40,358 bases of DNA, from contig NW_005434586.1 in the NCBI RefSeq assembly GCF_000315625.1, positions 14,790 through 55,147 on the forward strand, given 5' to 3'. Position numbers and translations under genes: made by a program. The DNA is from Guillardia theta CCMP2712. Taxonomy: Eukaryota; Protista; Cryptophyta. A model generated the notes under the pieces. The model was not told the DNA's origin. It searched no databases and saw only the letters and a list, made by a program, of their open reading frames with translations. Positions 34,195 through 40,358 of this stretch are shown piece after piece (position 1 is the first letter of the stretch; the number at the start of each line of letters is the position of its first letter).

Positions 34195-35221
34195 ATGCTG
34201 AAAATGTTTGCAATAAGACTTGTCATAGCGCTCTTTCTCATGCACGATACTCTCGTCGACTCTCTTGGATCACGGGCAAACCATGTCAAGACGAATTTGC
34301 TCTGGAATGCACTGCGCTTGCGTGGGGGCGCAGATGACACCGCTGCTCGATTCACGCCTAAGGTGTTGGAGCAGGCAAGTGACGTGACGGACAATGCATC
34401 AAGCAGGAGGAGATACCAACAAACGAGGAGCGAGTCGACCCAAGTGGAATGGGTAGATGAACTTTCTAAAGAGATTGACAGAGTTTGCGAACAATTCAAT
34501 AATACTGACTTTTGGGTGGGCCCGCCCAAAAGAAGCCATCAATACTTGCTGAACCAGATGTTATGGAATGCATCAGCATGTGGGAACGAATCTGAGACTC
34601 TACGACTGATTCGAGATGGCGCAGACGTGAATTCAGTCGATTCAGAATTTCTTCAGACTACGGCATTGCATCGCGCCAGCTTACACGGGCATGGCAACAT
34701 CGTGGACATTCTCCTTGATCATGGCGCAAACATTAATTTTGCAACCATCTGGAGATCTACTCCGCTGCACTATGCCGTTGTTCGCGGTCACAAAGATGTG
34801 GTGGAAACTTTGGTAGTGCGAGGTTGTCACAGGGCTTCAGGTTGTGTCTTTTGACTGGAAGCGTGCAGGAGCAGACATGTTCTTACAAGATCCCATTGGG
34901 CACACTGCACTAGATCGAGCTAATGTTAGTCATTCAACGTTTATGGACGGCCATACACTGACTGTTGATGTTAGCTGCTACAGTACAAGGAAATCAGCTT
35001 GTACTTACATGCGATGATGCAGGAGAAGACTGGAGACGTATGCATGCAACCTATTTGTGCGTGGCTCATCTCTGTTTGATGTTGCAGAAAAAAGTTCCAA
35101 TGGATCCCATGTTTGAAATCGATTTCGACAATGAAAAAGGTGCAGTTGCAACACCATCCATGCTAGAGAACACACTGATAAGATGCAATCAGGCACCAAG
35201 AAGAGGAAGACAAGAAAATGA
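34195..35221 (+). CDS. Ankyrin-repeat protein with signal peptide and LRLRGG leader motif
   Basis: Repeats LWNASACG..LIRDGADVN, TTALHRASLHGH..LLDHGANIN and STPLHYAVVRGH..|GADMFLQDPIGHTALDRA. LRLRGG at 34312-34329. Spliced end GTKKRKTRK* at 35221. Confidence 0.88.
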
Positions 35222-35296
35222 ACACAATAAGAATAAACTGCATTCAATCAAAAAAAGTATTGTAGCTAGACACTGGAATGCGAACTCTTTAGAATT

Positions 35297-36347
35297 TTAC
35301 TTCTTGAGTCTCCATCTACCAAGCGCCTCCTTCCCACCTAACATTCAAGCAAATTGCCGTCAGAATCTTTAGTAGACATAGTTGGGTCATCTATGAAACA
35401 CACCTCGTCCCTTGTGGCTCTTTCCCTCCGGCACAGATTCTAGACAGCAACCAAGTGTCAAGACAGCAGAAGAATCATCATTGTTGAACACTAAGTACCA
35501 AGATAATCGCAGACAAATCCCTCGGGCTCCAGAAGGTTTGTGACCAGGTCAATCGACATCGCATATGGGGGACCTCCTTCACGAGTTTCGAGGGGGAATA
35601 TCAATGTGACCAGTTCACCGCCTGGTTTCAACAGCTGCTTCATCTTCTCCGCCCAGGATTTTCTCATATTTGGCTCGATAGCACACAGAAATGTGTAGTC
35701 ATAGATTACGTCAAATTTTCTTCCTTCCAGCGTGAAGAAATCATCGGTAGAAAACTTTGCATCTCCCTTCCATGCTGACACTCCAGCACTCTTCAACTCT
35801 GATTCATTGAATTCCTCGGCAGCCTGTAATTCATTGTCAGCTTTGCCAGTCTAACGCTCTGATTTCAACAACACCTTGACTGCTGTTGGAGATATGTCCA
35901 GCCCCAAGCCATTGAATCCTATCTTAGCAAACTCGCACACATCGTATCCCCTTCCACAGCCCGGCACAAGCGCATCCGGCTTGCCATTGCTGTAATCAGC
36001 ATACTTCACTTTCCACTCTTGAATGAGTTCAAGTAGCACAGGACTAGACTTGCACGCTAGCTCAGGAAATCAGAAATGAGACGAATACACAAGATCTTTC
36101 AACCGTCAAAGTATTGGCCGGGCTTCAGGCCTCCATCTCGTTTCCACATATCATCCCATCCAGTCATCTCTACTATCGGTGTTGGCCGAGTGCTTAAAGT
36201 TCTCCAGGAAGGAAACTGCCTCTGAAGCACAGAAGGTAGAGCAGAGAAAGAAGAGAGAGTCAGGGGGCGACAAGGAGGAGAAGGAATGAAGAAGCAAGAT
36301 CGCAAGAGCATTCGCGTCGCTACTTGCCCGGCCAGCATGGAGTGCAT
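35297..36347 (-). CDS. SAM-dependent thiol/halide methyltransferase (HOL/TPMT family)
   Basis: ALVPGCGRGYD, GLDISPTAV, DDFF, FDVIYDYTFLCAIEPNMRKSWAEKMKQLLKPGGELVTLIFP, GGPPY and the spliced end GKEALGRWRLKK* are hallmark HOL/methyl-halide transferase motifs. Arg/Ser-rich N-terminal extension. Confidence 0.92.
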
Positions 36348-37147
36348 CTCCTTACCTTCCTTGCTTAGCGCAAATCAACCCCTGTTGTTATACCCCCAAG
36401 TTCAAAGTACCCCCTTGGATGCCATTATTGCTTGGGGTGAAGTACCCCTCCATTTAGGTTAGACTTTCAGTACCCCTCAGATCTCTTTGTTTTAACAAGA
36501 ACTTTCGTCATCAATGTGGTCTTGGCCCGCTACCCTTGGGGAAAGGACCCCCTTCTCTCCCCTCAAGATTAGCCACAAATACCAAGGTGGGGTCATGAAT
36601 GTGTCAGCAGTGAATTATGGAGGGTGGGTCCCTGGTTTGTGAATAATGTAAGGGGTACCAGTCAACCCCCATGACTTGTACCGGTTGCTTAAACAATAAA
36701 TTTAGGGGTTCTTAGACTATTTCGACTTGGCTTGCACGGAAATCAGGGGGTAGTGGTGGTAGACACGGTGGCGAATCAGAGCGTAGTAAAGCGGATTTCT
36801 TGAAGGGGTACATTTGATATGAATTCCATGATAAATGGTAGGTGGGGTGGTGACGAGGGACACGGTACTATTATTATTAAAAGTACTGATTTTTAACTTA
36901 ACTTAATTACTAATTAAAAGTCTGCTTCTCCGCTTCTCTCAATCTGATTCTCACAAGCTCGCCTCACGATAAAGGACAGCAACATACGTGATAGCCTGTC
37001 CCGCTGCTTGGCCTGGGGCAGTGAAGCTATTCGCTATGCTGCATGGCTTGCGAGGCTACGAGACGAGGAAGGTGAGGAAGGGATAAGGGAAAGCAAATCA
37101 GTATGAGAGGAGAGTAGATTCAGATAGAGACTGCAAGAAGGCAGAAA

Positions 37148-37231
37148 GCAAGGCAAGGCAAGGCAAGGCAAGGCAAGGCAAGGCAAGGCAAGGCAAGGCA
37201 AGGCAAGGCAAGGCAAGGCAAGGCAAGGCAG
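37148..37231 (+). repeat. (AGGCA)n pentanucleotide microsatellite, ~16 units
   Basis: Directly visible perfect tandem repeat. Confidence 0.97.
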
Positions 37232-37512
37232 GTTGCTATTGGAACAAAGTAGAGCTGAGATTGAAAACACAGAGAGAGTGAGCGAGCGAGGAGGAGAGGG
37301 AGGGAGGGAGGGAGGGAGAGAGGGTGGTGTGGGGGGTGGGGGGGGGAGAGAGACCAGGGACAGACACAGACACAGACACAGAGAGAGAGAGAGAGACAGA
37401 GAGAGTTGAGAAATAAACGGGTAAAAACCATACGAGATGGTGTTATTGGGTGGTTAAAGATGATGATCTCATTCAATGGTCCAGGTGGGATGCGTTGAGT
37501 GAGCGAAAAAGA

Positions 37513-40358
37513 ATGTGGGTCCCTCAATCACATACGAGATTCAGCTGGATTGCAAACCACAGCGATCAGGTGTTGCCGATCGGACACACAAACTTCAGCT
37601 GGTTTTGCACTGCACAGAATGTAGAAGAGGAAGAAAGAATTAGGGGAGGAGGACTGAGGCGAGGATTCTTGGATGCAAAACATGGGGAAACCAAGGTCCA
37701 GGATGTGGAGAAATTCCTTACCCGAGATGCTCCGAGGTTGTTGGAGGAAGCCGGCAGACTGTCTGAACTCCGAGCAGAGGAAACAAGCCCGTACAAGCAC
37801 AAGTATGAAGCTCGAGCTATTTTGAAGAAGGTGCACAGTCAACTTGCTGCTTGCGATCCCGCGGGAAGCTCGGGGGAGATTGGGATGAAGATGGAGGAAG
37901 CAAAAGCAAGAACGGAGCTCATGCTCGGCATCAACTTCTACGAGACAGAGGAAGTAAGTCAAGGACACAAGTTCCTGACAGAGGCCGAGGCTCTTCTGTC
38001 CGCCATCTCGTCCAAGTCAGCTGAGAGCAGGTGTCATGCTGACTACATGGACTGTCTCAATCACCTCGCAATCATATCGAGCATGCGAGATGAGCAGCAC
38101 AAGGCCCTCGAGCTCCTCCTGAGAGCACGGGAGGTCCATCGACGAGCTCGCGCTCCGTCCTCTCCCTCCGACCTCCTCTCCCCCATGGAGAAGCAGCTCA
38201 CAACCACATGCTTCCTGCTCGCCCAGGTACCTGCCGATGGTGATTGAGGAGCGACTGCTGACCGTCCTGCTCTTCAGGTCTACCAGAAGGTGGGAGATTT
38301 GCATGCCTCGGCAGAGCTCTGCGTGGAGACTCTGGACCGGCAAGCACAAGTCTTCACTGAAGAGGACTGGAAGGCGCAGGGAGACGAGTGGGTCAAGAAC
38401 GCCATCCAGATGTCGGGCTACAGCCTGAGCATGGTTCTCTTCCTCCTCCTTCCCTTGCTCGTACACACCGTTACCCTCGCTTTCATTCTCCCTCTCCCCT
38501 TTCCCTCCTTCCTCCTCTCCCCACCCCTCCGTTCTGACTGCCGCCCCTGCTACTGCATCTCTTGCTCCTTCCTCGATTCTTGCTCTCTGTTCTTCTCTCC
38601 CTGCATATATTCCCTCCTCTCCCTTCCAACTTGTGCATGCATTTGATAGTTGTCTCATCAGAATGACTTTGAGAGCGCGAGCATGTGTCTAGGAGCAGCA
38701 GAGGCAGCAAGGTGTGATGCGGGGTGTGGGGCCCGGGGTGGGAGGAGGGAGGGAGGGAGGGAGGGAGGGAGGGAGGAGCGGTTGGGCGGATTTGATCAAC
38801 AAAGACATGACCTCTGCGTACAGCAAGCGATCGAAAGAGGAAAGTGCGCCAGAAACTTGCCAGCGTGAATTGGGGGTAGGAGGGAGGANNNNNNNNNNNN
38901 NNNNNNNNNNNNNNNNNNNNNNNNNNNNNNNNNNNNNNNNNNNNNNNNNNNNNNNNNNNNNNNNNNNNNNNNNNNNNNNNNNNNNNNNGAGGAGGAGGAG
39001 GAGGAGGAGGAGGAGGAGGAGGAGGGTTGGAAGCAGCATATCAAGAAGTGATTGCATGCAAGGCTGGGGTAAACTCTTCATTGCACTTCTGAGCAACGGA
39101 AGGGAGAAACTGCTGGGAAATCAACAACAGAAGGATAGGAAACTGATCTTTCAGGTGCCCCTATAGCTGTTTCCCTTCCTGCTCACGCTCCTGCTCCTGC
39201 TCCTCCCTCCCCTGCTCCTGCTCCTCCTCTCTTCCTCCTACTACTCCTGTTCCTACTCCTACTAGAACATGGTGTACTTGTCTCTGCCATGTTTCAACCC
39301 TTGTGTCAAATCCCCTTCCTCGCTACATCTCCATCTCTTCTCCTCCGTCCAATTTCACTTCCCCGCCTCCCAGACTCTCCCCTTACACTCCCATCATCAT
39401 CCAGCGCAGCAGCGGGTGGCGTCTGACATGGAGCAGGGGATCGATTTTCACCTAGAGGGAGTGAGAGCGAATGTTGAGAGGAGGAAGGGCAAGAAATTCC
39501 CCGAGCAAGTGACAGACTATGAGTCTGCTTGCGTCGTCGTGAGAGGAATCGTCAATTCTCTTGACAAGGTGAAAACGAGGAAGTGGCGGGGGGAAGGAAA
39601 GGGGGAAAGGGGGAAAGGGGAGGGGAAGAGGAAGAGGATCAGCTGCAGATTTATTACAAGCAAGAAGAGGAGATGGAGGAGGAAGGGGCAGGAAGCGACA
39701 AGCAGGAGGGAGCAGCAGATGGTATACGAGGTTGTTTGTGCTCACATGAAGAGAATCAGGTTAAGGAATTTTACGTCCTCGATGGTTTCTGCACTGAGCA
39801 CATCGTGGTGTTACAAGACATCTCGAGGTTTGCATGAAGTTTCATGATGTCTTGATCTGAACTCTCCTCGCCTCCCTCATCATCGTCATCACCATCATCA
39901 TCATCATCATCATCATCATCGTCATCGTCATCGTCGTCATCATCATCATCGTCATCCTTACCCTTCAACTGCCCCGGCCCAACCTAACACCACTTGCCGT
40001 TCCCTTCTCTTTCAGGTCTTACAAATATCTCATCGACTTTTGCAACAACACAGATGACGTCTGCAAGCTGCACAAACGACGTCAGTACCACTCATCCCCC
40101 CCTCTTCCTCCTACTACTCCTCCTCCCTCTCTGCCCTCTTCCCCCCCCCTAACTTTCCCCTCCTCCTCCCCTCCTCTTTTTCCTCCTCATTTGGTTTCTC
40201 TGCTCCTCACTCGGTTGCAGGCATTGACCTCCTTGAGCCTGTGGCGCGTGAGCTCAACCCGCGGGCCTTCGACTGGCTGGCCAAGGAGTTGTGGTACGAG
40301 ATAGGAGAGGCTTACCGCAGCATGCTCGAGCTCAAGTCCTCTCAGGTCCCTCCTCCTC
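37513..40358 (+). CDS. KIFBP: KIF-binding protein (KBP/KIAA1279), TPR-like; start uncertain, 3' end beyond window
   Basis: PYKHKYEARAIL, LGINFYETEEVSQGHKFL, LLAQ|VYQKVG, WVKNAIQMSGY and KEFYVLDGFCTEHIVVLQDIS|LYKYL..CKLHKRR|IDLLEPVARELNP..ELWYEIGEAY match KBP in order. Confidence 0.9.
38889..38988. other. Assembly gap (100 N) inside a GGA-rich intron
   Basis: Run of N flanked by (GGA)n. Confidence 1.
39878..39956 (+). repeat. (CAT/CGT)n trinucleotide repeat in a KIFBP intron
   Basis: Directly visible. Confidence 0.9.

Noticed and set aside
34312-34329. Ubiquitin or ubiquitin-fusion gene
   Set aside because: Only the last six residues match. The preceding 39 aa are a hydrophobic signal and linker, not a beta-grasp domain.
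38689-39166. ORFs spanning the N run
   Set aside because: They are artefacts of the assembly gap and the flanking (GGA)n repeat.

Overview
Eukaryotic nuclear DNA, most likely a cryptophyte such as Guillardia theta. This is inferred from dense ~45-55 bp GT-AG introns, GA/CT/GGA low-complexity tracts, a signal-peptide+Phe bipartite plastid presequence and signal-peptide+LRGG leaders. The first ~6.6 kb has no clearly intact genes. It holds a GC-rich island packed with GACTC/GAGTC and CCGG words, an 8-bp (ATGACTCT)n satellite, a purine tract, a decayed spliced gene (possibly Ulp1-like), a frameshifted piggyBac-family transposase and a second GACTC/CCGG island. From ~7 kb on there are about 12 intron-rich genes, mostly in convergent pairs separated by ~1-1.5 kb divergent spacers rich in ACCCC/GGGGT words. 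In order they encode: an unknown membrane-anchored protein, a plastid DUF1997 protein, an unknown helical protein, a single-TM cNMP-binding-domain protein, a TAF1C/Rrn6-like protein with a PHD finger, an F-box/propeller-like protein, a Cys-rich+CRAL-TRIO protein, an ankyrin protein, a divergent HSF-like protein, a second ankyrin protein, a HOL/TPMT-family methyltransferase and KIF-binding protein (runs off the end). The best candidates for undescribed biology are the GACTC/CCGG 'vocabulary' islands with their satellite and the ubiquitin-tail-like LR(L)RGG motif in the two ankyrin leaders. Exon structures were read by eye, so gene ends are approximate, and family calls come from recalled motifs, not database searches.
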